A DNA stretch of 63,802 bases, filler included, from Octopus bimaculoides (lineage: Eukaryota): NCBI RefSeq assembly GCF_001194135.2. It is 6 parts of 6 records of this genome, joined end to end, with 100 filler letters (N's around TTAATTAATTAA, not from the genome) between each part and the next. Parts side by side here need not be neighbours in the genome. Positions count along the whole stretch, not along the records: positions 39,371 to 62,583 come from NC_068995.1; positions 62,684 to 63,802 come from NC_069006.1; 4 more parts are not named here. One strand, 5' to 3'. Under the pieces are notes generated by a model. That model saw only the letters and a program-made list of their open reading frames with translations, made no database searches and was not told where the DNA came from. Both the position numbers and the translations under genes were made by a program. Positions 52,294-63,802 of this stretch are shown one piece after another. Numbering within the stretch: the stretch's first letter is position 1; each line of letters opens with the position of its first letter.

Positions 52294-54011
52294 GTCATTA
52301 TTATTATTATCATTGTTTTTATTGTTGTTGATGTTGTTGTTCTTACTATTATTGATGTAATTCTCGTTTCTATCGCTACACGAAGAAAAATATGACAGCT
52401 GTTTCTAGCAGGTTCAATAACCTTATAGAAGCTGCCCCGTTGGCGTGCTATTGTTCGAACATTCATCATCATTGTTGCTCTTGTTCATATTGATGTAAGT
52501 CTCGTTTCTGCTGCTGCTATCGATTCTGTTACTAAGTGTATATTTCAATTGATTGTTTTATTTATTCATTTTAAACACTTATTTATCATTACTTGCCATA
52601 GATCAGCTTTCCAACGAGGGGACCATTGATTTACTTCGTATCTGTTGAAACAATAAGATCTTTAGATGCAGGTTAGCATGCAGTTTACGGCCATAAAACA
52701 GTCAAAGTAAATTTTCCTAAAAATACTGAAAGTAAATTGCGATAGGAACCGGAAATAATGACAGTGACAGCACGTTATTTCATGTACACAATTAATGTGA
52801 CATAACCAATGTACAGAGCATATATATATTTAATATTTTTTTCTAATCTAGGCACAAGGCCCGAAATTTTGGGGAGGGGGGGTTAGTCGATTAGATCGAC
52901 CCCAGTACGCAACTGGTACTTAATTAATTTATCAACCCCGAAAAGATGAAAGGCAAAGTTGACCTCGGCGGAATTTGAACTCAGAACGTAAAGACAGACG
53001 AAATACCGCTAAGCATTTTGCCCGGCGTGCTAACGTTTCTTATTTCTTTATTGCCCACAAGGGGCTGAACATAGAGAGGACAAACAAAGTATGGGCCTGC
53101 AGAGATAATATTAAAGAAAACTCATGGAATGTTCTCGTTAAAACTTCTGTAAAATCTAATCATAACAAACTGTAGGAGGAATATTTGGCAGGAATATTCC
53201 TCCTGCTACTCAGCATCGATGACGAAGACGACGACGGCTGAGGTCATGACACAGCTTAATCCAGGTAGCTGCCAGAATCTACACCACTCATGGCTACTGT
53301 TCTTATTGACATGCAAACTCTCATACAAAATGTCGACCTGCCATCACTATGGCTTCATATATTTTTTTCTATCGCCACCAATCGGGAATGTCTTATCGTT
53401 TACAAGACCAGACATAGTGAAAATCAGTTGTGCAGCAGATGGTAAGTTAATGGTAAGTCAATGGTAAGTTAAAAAGAATGCTTCAATGACGTACTAACGA
53501 GAAATTTGCGATACAACACCGGGATATAACTTTGAGTGAATGTTTGAAATTATTGGAGTATCTGGCTAGTAATTGACTTAGTAACAGTCTTGAGAAACTA
53601 GAATTTGTAATATTGGGAAGCATAAGTGTATATGTATGCGTGTATGCCTGTATAGCATAATCAACTTGTGTTGGGAGTTACACCGCGCTGATTACCAAAA
53701 TGCATGAAATACTGGTTCTTGGGTTAACAGGACCACAAAAAAAAGAAGAAAAAAAAGGATTCTATTTTGTAAAGAAAAAATAAATGAAATTAAAATTAAA
53801 AGAAAAGAAAAAATTTAAAGATGTTTAAGGTAAGAATTAAATACACAGGGTCTTCAAACTTGTCTGAAAAGAGATTCTTCTGCCTCTGATGACATATTTC
53901 CTGCCAAGGGCAAACCATTTGTTTCAACAGTTACAGTTGTTTTTTTAAAGTCTATTCGCAATAACTGACAGAGAATAGTGTGGCGAGATATAAAAGAACA
54001 AAGGTTCTTAC

Positions 54012-54057
54012 TCATCACGGAGGATAGCATAACAAGAAATAGCAGCCAATAATCCAT
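54012..54057 (-). CDS. Shisa-like/STMC6 membrane protein, coding exon 1 (signal peptide); whole exon 54012-54065
   Basis: gtcctttttgttcctctcag|ttgcaaatATG...MDYWLLFLVMLSSVM a|gtaaga; phase 1 donor matches the phase 1 acceptor at 44553. Confidence 0.7.
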
Positions 54058-54166
54058 ATTTGCAACTGAGAGGAACAAAAAAGGACATGCTGACTAGTTC
54101 GTGGCAATCAAAATCAATCACATTAAATGTAGATAAACCAAAGGACATTTTTGTAAAACAGAGCTA

Positions 54167-54227
<61 letters not shown>

Positions 54228-54788
54228 TTCTGTTATCTTCTGATACCTGAAGGCGTGGTAGGCGTTTTCCTATGACATAACGAATGCATAATCTATAAAC
54301 TGCATAGCCACAGAAACATATTAAATACAAATTGAACTGGTATCGTCCAGTAAATATGCATGTGTGTGTGTCTATGTGCCTATATGTGCGTGTAGATACA
54401 TGGCAGTAATTTGTGTTTATGTTTATCTAAGTGTATTATATTATATGTGTATTTATATGGATGCAACTTGTTATTTAAACGCTTTCCTCAGAAAGATGCT
54501 TTTCATATGATGGCTCTGATGAAGCTGCAAAATATTGCATTGACAGTCAATTCTGAGTGCACGGCTCCTTACAACTAAAACATCTGTAAGCTAATGAATG
54601 TGATTACGTAACTCATATTATTTCATCAAATTCTTTTATTAATTAATATCACGTTGTATATTGACCTTTTTGGATCATATAAAAGTCCGGCGACGTGGAC
54701 GCCAGAGAATGTCCACTCCTTGCTACCGGAGCTTGGTAGGGTGTGCATTATAGGGATAAGTGCATCGAGTACTGTTATGGCAAAGTGG

Positions 54789-54831
<43 letters not shown>

Positions 54832-55154
54832 CACGCATGCATACATACACAGACACACACACACATATGCACGCACATAGATACAAAAACACACATGCAC
54901 GCATGCACAAACACATATATCTTTGTCTCTGTGTGTATGAGTATGTACGCATGTATGTAATATACATAATATATATATATATANNNNNNNNNNNNNNNNN
55001 NNNNNNNNNNNNNNNNNNNNNNNNNNNNNNNNNNNNNNNNNNNNNNNNNNNNNNNNNNNNNNNNNNNNNNNNNNNNNNNNNNNNNNNNNNNNNNNNNNNN
55101 NNNNNNNNNNNNNNNNNNNNNNNNNNNNNNNNNNNNNNNNNNNNNNNNNNNNNN

Positions 55155-55172
55155 TTTTTTTTTTTTTTTTTT
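55155..55172 (-). other. Sense-strand poly(A) tract (at least 18 nt, runs into a gap) ~160 nt after the VWA5A stop
   Basis: T18 on the + strand; a non-canonical aataat lies ~17 nt upstream on the minus strand. Confidence 0.45.
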
Positions 55173-55331
55173 GTAATTCAAGCTTTCAATTATTTTCAGA
55201 TAAGCTACTCAGTCGATGACTAAATTTTAAAAAATGATGAAGTTTTGAGCATCGGAAATTCAAACATTTTTCTCCGCGATTGTGAAAATGCAATTAGGAT
55301 CGCAAGAAGTTTACGTTTAACGAAATCTCAT

Positions 55332-57479
55332 TTATGAATATATTTTTGTTTTCAAAATGCGTGATGATTCAGTCATTATTTGATCAAGACTAATAGCTTG
55401 TGTATTCTGTAACTTTAACCAACGTATAGCCTTATCTACAATTAAATCCCATTCACTCTTTTGTGAAGTTAATTTTTCTGTCAAGAAAACAACTGCAAGA
55501 GCTGTGGCCCAGACATTATCGTGTACGGATGGTTTTCTCTGTTTAAGTTGATCGAGGGATTCTTTCAAAACGGTTGCTAAAAACTCATTTAGTTCCCAAT
55601 ATCCAGAAAAGTTTTGTAGGAGAAGCAATGACTTAAGTCTGTCTTTACTTTCGAAATTGAATTTTGTGTTATCAATTTTCCTAAGTTCTTGGAATTTTTC
55701 TGCATCAAATTTTTTTGACATCGTCTCACGAGCTGTAACACTCACTTTGTAAGATTTCTCGGCCCCAATAAAACTTGTGTACCTTGAAACCAAGTTAGCA
55801 AGCGTAGCCAAGTCAATAATCTCGGATTTTATATTATCACCTTTACCCAAATCTTCTTTTAATTCCAGTTCCTGTATTTTCCTTCTCACACAAAGACGGT
55901 GTATCTGCATTTCTTTATCACACTGGTTCAACACATTTGTTTCGAAGTCAAGTGAAAAATCTGATTCACCGACTTTACCAGAAAGATTGAGTCTAACTCT
56001 CTGGCAAGTCGACTCAAGTTTCTGAAAAACTAGATAAACAATTAGTGATTCTTCGGTGAAAATACACGGAATATTTTCTGGAACTGTAATGTAGGATAAT
56101 TCTTTATTGCTTTCAGCATCTTTGGCAGATATACGAACTGAAGATACAAATGGTTGCATTGACAATTTTAATAGACGCATAACTTTTGCCTTAAGGTTGT
56201 CATTTGTCATCACAAACTCTGCTCGGCCTCTTCCCGCACGGGCGATACCTTTGACCAATTCTGTAGAAACTCCAGAACCTACACCGATCGTGAAATATCG
56301 AGTGTTATAAGCTTGTGACTTAACCGACTGAATTATTTCGTTCGTATTGTAGACTTCTCCATCCGTTATCAGGAATACTTGGCGATAAAGCCCATGAGAA
56401 GATCGTTTATCAGAGAGTGATTTAATAGCACTGAGCATTTCAGTTCCACCAGCTGCATAAAGATTGTTATGGAATTTCAATGCTTCATTTAGAGAATCTT
56501 CATTATATTCTCTGCTTCCATCCTTGAACAAGACTTCTAAGTAATTATTAAAGGATATAAGGTTAAATGAACAACCCAACGGTAGACTTTTCAAGAAAAG
56601 TAACAAAGTGTCTTTTGCTGCTTCAATTTTCTCTCCATTCATGCTTCCTGAGTGGTCAATGATAAAAATGTAGTCATTAAGTTGAGGAGCCTTCACTTGG
56701 GGAAGTTTAGGAAATAAATTTATCATCATAATATCTTTAGAAAGCATTCCTCTAGCATTTCCATCACCTTTCTCCATAATCACTTGTGGTTTCTCTACTT
56801 CATCATAGTACACAAGGAAAAGAATGTCTTTCTCAAAATTAAACTTCTCTGTCAATCTCACAGTAGCATGACACTTATTTTCCTGATATTCCATCTTCAT
56901 TGGCTGTTCAGACTTTACGTCTTTGATTTGTGATTTCCATTTGATGGTGGCGTTAAAACTAAACTCTCTTGGTTTTGGTGCTTTTTGATAATGTTCGTCT
57001 TTAGGAATAATGCCATATCTGGGATTAAGAACAAACGGCATATAGAACTTCACAGCTCCATCAGCTTCACAGGAAAGCTCAGAAACAAGGCATATTTGTA
57101 AATGGATCTTTTGCTTCGGTGGAATATTACCCAAATTATATTCAAAAATATCACCAGACGTGCTGGTCTCTCGCAACAAAATGGCTGACATCCCCTTTTC
57201 TACAGCTTCTTTGTACTCTTTCTGGGCGACATTTTTGTCTTTAGATTTGGCAACTATATGGACATCACCAATTTTAGCTTCGAATCTATATACGGCACTG
57301 TCCTCTTCCACAGGGAAAACAAACTTAGCTTCTGTCTTGTGTTGGCTTTCATTTATATATTCAGCCTCGATGTTGACGTGTGCAGTAAATCCGTTGATGG
57401 AAACATTGTGTGTAGCGTAGAGAAGAGAAACATCTGTTTTCTTTTCACAAATAATTCCAAATACAATCACCTGCGCCAT
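55332..57479 (-). CDS. VWA5A: von Willebrand factor A domain-containing protein 5A-like (VIT + VWA + conserved C-terminal helical domain), 715 aa, single coding exon
   Basis: Uninterrupted ORF. VIT domain (EAKFVFPVEEDSAVYRFEAKIGD..YNLGNIPP), VWA with intact MIDAS (FIIDHSGSM, GGTEM, LITDGE), C-terminal LQNFSGYW / WATALAVVFL / EWDLIVDKAIRWL. Acceptor ttttgttttatag| at 57493 lies 13 nt before the ATG, so the ORF-track start (57503) is intronic. Confidence 0.92.
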   Translation of the reverse strand: MAQVIVFGIICEKKTDVSLLYATHNVSINGFTAHVNIEAEYINESQHKTEAKFVFPVEEDSAVYRFEAKIGDVHIVAKSKDKNVAQKEYKEAVEKGMSAILLRETSTSGDIFEYNLGNIPPKQKIHLQICLVSELSCEADGAVKFYMPFVLNPRYGIIPKDEHYQKAPKPREFSFNATIKWKSQIKDVKSEQPMKMEYQENKCHATVRLTEKFNFEKDILFLVYYDEVEKPQVIMEKGDGNARGMLSKDIMMINLFPKLPQVKAPQLNDYIFIIDHSGSMNGEKIEAAKDTLLLFLKSLPLGCSFNLISFNNYLEVLFKDGSREYNEDSLNEALKFHNNLYAAGGTEMLSAIKSLSDKRSSHGLYRQVFLITDGEVYNTNEIIQSVKSQAYNTRYFTIGVGSGVSTELVKGIARAGRGRAEFVMTNDNLKAKVMRLLKLSMQPFVSSVRISAKDAESNKELSYITVPENIPCIFTEESLIVYLVFQKLESTCQRVRLNLSGKVGESDFSLDFETNVLNQCDKEMQIHRLCVRRKIQELELKEDLGKGDNIKSEIIDLATLANLVSRYTSFIGAEKSYKVSVTARETMSKKFDAEKFQELRKIDNTKFNFESKDRLKSLLLLQNFSGYWELNEFLATVLKESLDQLKQRKPSVHDNVWATALAVVFLTEKLTSQKSEWDLIVDKAIRWLKLQNTQAISLDQIMTESSRILKTKIYS

Positions 57480-57841
57480 TTCTTTAGAGTTTCTATAAAA
57501 CAAAAAGATGATACATTAAATAGACATTTTATCAATTTAAAATTAATCAAATAAGTATCTCTTGTTTAATAATATATAACAAAGTGAAATTTAAACAATT
57601 ACCTTTCTAATAAGGAGGACTTTGTTGATAATAAGATAATAACAGTTTCAAATTTTGGCACAAGGCCAGCAATTTCAGGTAAGGGGTAAGTCGATTACAT
57701 CGACCCCTGATATTTGTTTCACTGAGACTGAAAGGATGAAAAGCTAAGTCGATCTCTGCGGAATCTGAACTCAGAACGTCAAGACGGACGAATTGCTCCG
57801 AAACATTTTGCCTGACGTGCTGACGATTCTGCCAGAACGCC

Positions 57842-57931
<90 letters not shown>

Positions 57932-58423
57932 ATCTAAGTCTGCATCATACAGATGCTCATTTCATGTCTGTAGAAATGGTTATAGATTAGTTTATTCGAA
58001 AGACGGCACCAACTTAAAATGGTAGTTTTTATGGCCATATTGAGTGCAGGGATCAATAATTCTTAACCAAACTTCAAGTGATTGTTGAAGGGGTTTATGT
58101 TCATGGTAAATTTTGTTGCGATCTTTGATGTGTTTTGTGTGTGTGTATTTGTGTGTGCGTATGTGTGTGTCTGTGTGTGTTGATGTCTGTTTTTGTATGC
58201 GTGTGTGTGCATGTTTATGCATGTGTGTATGTGAGTGTGCGCATGTTTGTGTGCGTGTGTATGTGTTTGTGCGTGTGAATGTCTGTGTGCGTATGTGACT
58301 GTGTGTTTTGTGTGTGCATGTTTGTATGCGTGCGTATGTGTGTATGTGTTTGTGCGTGTGCATGTTTGTGTAAGTGTGTATGTGTTTGCGTGTTTTGTGT
58401 GTGCATGTTTGTGTATGTATGTT

Positions 58424-58461
<38 letters not shown>

Positions 58462-59769
58462 CGATGTCTTACATATATGGTAGACTACTAAACTGAGAAC
58501 CATTTAATTCCTAGATATACCAAATAAAAAAAGAATATAGGATTTTTTTAAACATCGAATGGCTACGAGGGCCCTCCCGAGCAAAAGAGGAATCAAAAGG
58601 GGTCCACAGGCAAAAATGGTTGAAAACCAAGGGAATAGACGTTAATAGTTGCGTGATTTTAGTAAAAGTTACATACTCCAAACTAATTAATAAGTAGCTT
58701 TCATTTTTATAGTATGGACTAAGGCGCTAACCTGGCAGAATCATTAGTACGTGGGGCAAAATGTCTAGCGGTATTTCGTCTGCCGCAACGTTCTGAGTTC
58801 AAATTCCATCGAAGTCGACGTCGCTTTTCATTCTTTTCGGGGTCAATAAATTAAGTGCCAGTGAAACACTGGGGCTCAAGAAAATCGTCTATCCGCCAAA
58901 TTTTAGGCCTTGTGCTTATAGTACAAAGTATTATTATATATAGATTTTTCTGGACAGGTCTAACTTTGATAATTGCTTTCTTTTAGTAAACGTTACATCT
59001 TCCAAACTAATTAGTGAGCACCTTTCTTTATTACAGGATGTTCTGGTTAAATTTGACTATTTTTATGTATCTTTTATGTTTCTCAGCAACAGCTTGAGGT
59101 ATTGGTGAACAGTCAACGGCATTAAAAAAGCATAAAGAATAAAGTTGTAGTTGACAAATAGCTGACATGGAAGTCTGGAAGCCATCTGAATATTCTTTTC
59201 TACTCTAGGCACAAGGCCCGTAATTTTGGGGTAGGGAGCCAGGCGATTAGATCGACCCAGTATGCAACTGGTACTTAATTTATCGACCCTGAAAAGATGA
59301 AAGGCAAAGTCGGCCTCGGTGGAATTTGAACTCAGAACGAAAAGACAGACGAAATACCGCTAAGCATTTCGCCCGGCGTGCTAACGTTTCTGCCAGCTCA
59401 ACGCCTTGGAAGCCATCTGAATATTCTTTTCTACTCTAGTCACAAGGCATGAAATTTTTGGGGAGCGCAGCCAATCGATTAGATTGACCCCAGTACGCAA
59501 CTGGTACTTAATTTATCGACCCCGAAAAGATGAAAGGCAAAGTCGACCTAGGTGGAATTTGAACTCAGAACGTAAAGACAGACGATATATCGTGCTAATG
59601 TTTCTGCCAGCTCGCTGCCTTGGAAGCCATTTGAATATTAGAAAAGTGTTACCTGTAGCATAATAATTCGCACCGGATGTTAAAATGCCGATATCATGGC
59701 TGCTGGTCTATGCTTTATGAACACTGTTAAATCTGTAAGACATGATGTGGACAACAGGAAAACCAAGTT

Positions 59770-60000
59770 TCCCCCCAAACTGCAATGGTCTTTGTGTGTG
59801 TCTCTAGTGAGGTGACCTCATGCCGCACAACATCTCTGAACAGATCTTAGGATCAATTCAGACGGTTATGTGAAACTGCTGGAAACTTTGGTCAAACGTT
59901 GACTGGAGCGGGGATGCTACAGGAAGGCTAAGTGTGTGGCTGCAGGATTCAGCTTCCCAGCCATACCTCCGGAAAGTGTCAGAAGTGGCTGTCGGAGAAT
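59770..60000 (+). mobile_element. Decayed maT-like (DD37D) transposase fragment, same family as 17740-18581
   Basis: Degenerate CVSSE.D.MPHNI.EQ.L..NSDGYVKLLETLVK...W.QDSA..HTSGKCQKWLSEN. Confidence 0.75.
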
Positions 60001-60480
60001 AGACAGTCCTCGATGCTCTTAAAATGACGGGTCTGCAGGGAATAAAAGCAACCAACACTAACAAAGAAAGGGTTATATTAGCGGGAAAGTTTCTGTTAAT
60101 TGTGCTTAATAACTGGCACTCCGTCGAGGGTTCCAATTGATCCGATCAACGGAACAGCCTGCTTGTGAAATTAACGTGCAAGTGGCTGAGGATTCCACAG
60201 ACACACGTACACTTAACGTAGTTCTTAGGGAGATTCAGCGTGACACTGAATGTGACAAAACTGGCCCTTTGAAATACAGTTACTACTCATTTTTGCCAGC
60301 TGAGTGAACTGGAGCAACGTGGAATAAGGTGTCCTGCTCAAGGACACAACGCCGGGAATCGAACTCACGCTCTTACGATCGAGAGCAGAAAAATACTCTA
60401 ACCACTACGCTACGCGCTTAATAATTCCTACAGAAATTCAACCTGATTCTACTTGAAAAAGAATAAAGAAAATTACTTAC

Positions 60481-60580
60481 AGTCTCTTCAATCTTTTGCT
60501 TCTTCAAACAAATATTCTTGCTTCTCTTCTTCAGTTCCTGCTCGAAGTAAACTCTCCACTGTATGTGCAACTAGATTTCA
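60481..60580 (-). other. Candidate non-coding first exon upstream of the VWA5A-like and STMC6-like coding exons (5' boundary unknown)
   Basis: Purine-rich repeat-free segment ending gaagagact|GTAAGTaatt (donor at 60480); no ATG in the one open frame. Confidence 0.5.
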
Positions 60581-61324
60581 CAACAATTAAACGATGTTTT
60601 GTTTTCCGAACTCAAACACCAACTAAAACAAGTTTTTTTTATAAAAACATTCTTCATGTTTTTGTTAGCCTGAATTAAGCTTATTTTGTTTCCCATTAAT
60701 TCCCCTTCCACAACATTTAATTAAGTTTAACGTGCAGTTAATTAATTATTAACTTAGATTTTGCGAACAAAGCATATGCTTCGTTTAAATTAATACTGTG
60801 TCTGACTTGAATAATTCATTTAAGTGAAATAATTATAGAGCAGGAAAACTTGCAGACAATGCAGCCAGCAACAAAATAAACTCGTTGTGAACATAAAATA
60901 TTTCGTTTTTGTATTTTGTTTACAAGGTTCTTGATCCGAACTTGTGTGTTAAAAGAGATATTGTCGTATATCGGAAGGGTCATAATGCCAATAATAAACA
61001 CACGCACTAGTTAAGGCTTATTTCTTTGTTACTTGCTGGTTGGTTAACTATTTATCCAACTAACTAATCGGTTGTCTGATAAATTATTCAGCCAACTAAT
61101 CAGTTGTCTTTGGCAAAGTTCTTCTGTTGCCCTTCACGACTTCTTCAATTACGTGCTCTCTCCACTTCTAGTCTGATTCACTCACATCCCTACAACTACA
61201 TAAATATATTGACCCTAAATCCTAAAAGACACTCAGACAGAAGGCTGGGACTTATATCGGTCACTTTTGTCGAACCGCTAATAAACAAACCAACACCGGT
61301 TGTTGGAAGACTAATACTAACACA

Positions 61325-61392
<68 letters not shown>

Positions 61393-61421
61393 TACACATA
61401 TATATATATATGTATATATAA

Positions 61422-61457
<36 letters not shown>

Positions 61458-61957
61458 GCGCTTTGGTTAACCTGGACTATAGTTAGAGATAGTTGCCCAA
61501 GGTGTCACGCAGTAGGGTCGAACTCGAAACACATGTGGTTGAGAAGCAAACTTCTTACCACACACATCTCTGCCTCTATGAAAACATAAAAGCCAAATTC
61601 ATATGTTTTTATCTGAAAAAAAATAATGTTTGTAAAGTCGAAAATTGCGAAAAAATTCCAGTGGCATAGTTTCAAGAAAGAAAAATGAAAGAAATTCAAA
61701 TTAGGAAAATCAAATACAGGAAAATCAAGCACAGGGTTAACAGCGCAAGGGAAACAACTTTAGTTATACGTTAACACGTTTGAGTTATTTCCCATGTTTC
61801 GCTATTTCACCGTTTTTCTATTTGAACTCCACTGTGTTTTCAGTTAATTTTGAAAATGAAGAATCCACTAGAACAACTTTGTCGTTATTAAAATGATATT
61901 TGGAGCATAAATTAATATGGGGTTTTGATGGCGAGTTGTAATTTAGAAGGTGGGTGG

Positions 61958-62124
61958 CAGGGGCAGACTGAGAGTATTAAGGGTCCTTGGGCATAACTGT
62001 TTACTGGGCCCCTTAGCATTGATAGCAAAGTAGAGTTAAAATGTAGATTGCGGGCATCTCGGGCATCTCAAAGCTCCGGGCCCTGGGGCAGTGCCCGACT
62101 GACCGACGGCTCAGTCCGCCCCTG
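61958..62124. mobile_element. hAT-type MITE, 167 bp
   Basis: TIRs caggggcagactgag / ctcagtccgcccctg (1 mismatch in 15); flanks gtgggtgg / atgggttc are a degenerate 8-bp TSD. Confidence 0.7.
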
Positions 62125-62500
62125 ATGGGTTCTCTCAGGCGGGTTTGTGTCAAAAAGGGTTGAAATATTGATCAAAGTGTGGAAGACATTATCGCATATG
62201 TTCGCTTGGGTGTTTATGTTGCGGAGATTGTTCCGTTGCTGCATCTTTCTTATTGGGAGAAAGCTGCGTGTAAAACAACTCAAGGCAACTCACGAACAGA
62301 TAACTGTATTATTTATTACTGGACATAAATGATATTTGGCGCAGAAAAATTACAAGGAAGTATATAAGGTCTGGTCAAAGAGTATCAGGACTTTTGCTAT
62401 GGCAGCGGAGCTAAAAGTACGCAGAGTGAAACCGCTTAGCACAGATTCAGCTTGAACTCTGGTGCATATGCACGCTAAGTTATAGCTTTCTCGCTCATTT

Positions 62501-62531
<31 letters not shown>

Positions 62532-62549
62532 CATTTCTCTCTCTCTCAC

Positions 62550-62583
<34 letters not shown>

Positions 62584-62683
62584 NNNNNNNNNNNNNNNNN
62601 NNNNNNNNNNNNNNNNNNNNNNNNNNNTTAATTAATTAANNNNNNNNNNNNNNNNNNNNNNNNNNNNNNNNNNNNNNNNNNNN

Positions 62684-62715
<32 letters not shown>

Positions 62716-63487
62716 TCATTCCGCCGAGGTCGACTTTGCCTTTTATCCTTTCGGGTCGATAAAACAAACACCAGTTGAGTACACGTGTCGATGTAATCGC
62801 CTTACCGCTCTCTCGAAATTGCTGGCCTTGTGCCAAAATTTGAAGTCAATATCGTGTAGAAACATATTTCCTTTACGTGTCGAAAGATCAAGTTAACAGA
62901 TCATAAACAAACGCATAATCCTATTAAACGCAAACGGTTTCAAATATTTCAGCGTTCAACAAAGAAATGAATTTTGTCTTCAGTTCAGAAAAAAAATATC
63001 TCTGAAATATGTCGGAGTTTGACGTAAATAAGTGACTTAGCGATTAATTAATCTAAATTCTGATATATTAATTTTAATATTTAAGCTGTGTAATAGAACA
63101 GAGAGATTTATTCATTTTATTGTGTTTAATATGTCTTTAAACTTTTGACAGCAACGTATAATAAACGGAGTTTTATGATTTGCTTTGTATAATAATTAAA
63201 TACACACACATATAAATGCGGTACGTGTACAATATAAATATCCATATATCTTCTGTATATCATACAGATTTAATCATACGCACACACGCGCACGCGCACA
63301 TATTAATTAATGCTTCAAACGAGATCGCACCACAGTCAAATCAATGCTTAGAATTCCATGTAAATTCTTGTACATCAAAATCTCAATCTAATATTAAACA
63401 TTATTTCTCCTCCGATTTCCTTTTGGTATTATATACTCCTGTATAATTTACAGACTACATCTGAAAGTAATATATCTTTGTGTGTGT

Positions 63488-63532
<45 letters not shown>

Positions 63533-63681
63533 CTCCTCATATACACAGTTTCATTCTTATATAACTAAAATTTTAAGATATATTGTTTTTATAAATTACA
63601 ATATTACTCCTCTTATAACTTTCTTATAACTTTCTCATACCTCTGTTTACGTTTTATATAATATGAATAATATAATGCATC

Positions 63682-63721
<40 letters not shown>

Positions 63722-63724
<3 letters not shown>

Positions 63725-63802
63725 CTGAGCAAATATAAAGATCTTGAAATAGAAATTAGCAAAATGTCGAATCTGAAGACGAAAACAATACCTATTGTCA
63801 TA
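63722..63802 (+). mobile_element. Extremely 5'-truncated copy of the R4/Dong-type element, cut off by the window end
   Basis: Directly after (TAA)n: KLSKYKDLEIEISKMSNLKTKTIPIV, nearly identical to the 29235-29320 segment. Confidence 0.85.

Noticed and set aside
53172-53206. 14-bp stem hairpin (aggaggaatatt...aatattcctcct)
   Set aside because: Isolated; no CTAG end for a Helitron and no other context
55740-55750. GTGAGT donor-like site inside the VWA5A ORF that could fuse VWA5A to downstream exons
   Set aside because: The ORF continues into a conserved C-terminal domain, and the site is phase 0, out of frame with the STMC6 signal exon
57493-57620. Donor-like gaaag|gtaatt at 57602 giving a 110-nt intron before VWA5A
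   Set aside because: No convincing acceptor or TSS upstream of it; cannot be supported without transcripts

Overview
AT-rich, microsatellite-dense animal genomic scaffold with many N-gaps. Its SINE/RTE/Penelope repertoire and TTAATTAATTAA gap linkers look like an Octopus draft assembly (recognition-based inference, not a database result). No CRISPR, rRNA or intact tRNA genes were found. Three protein-coding units are supportable, all on the minus strand. (1) The 3' end of ATP synthase subunit s / DMAC2L: last exon 4790-4928, with the previous exon running into a gap. (2) A 4-coding-exon, 138-aa single-pass membrane protein with a C-C-CC-CC ectodomain (Shisa-like/STMC6 group), 54057->42266, reconstructed by hand from phase-compatible GT-AG junctions. 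(3) An intronless 715-aa VIT+VWA protein (VWA5A-like), 57479->55332, followed by a sense-strand poly(A) tract. Units 2 and 3 both begin with a splice acceptor just before the ATG, and the clearest upstream donor is at 60480. This suggests a VWA5A retrocopy nested in the first intron of the membrane-protein gene and sharing its non-coding first exon. The rest is decayed mobile DNA: a mariner with an internal inversion, maT-like Tc1/mariner fragments, MITEs/foldbacks, R4/Dong-type fragments next to (TAA)n, L2/RTE LINE pieces and Penelope-like fragments. A well-formed type I hammerhead ribozyme motif lies at 17460-17522, with several minimal hammerhead-like motifs elsewhere.
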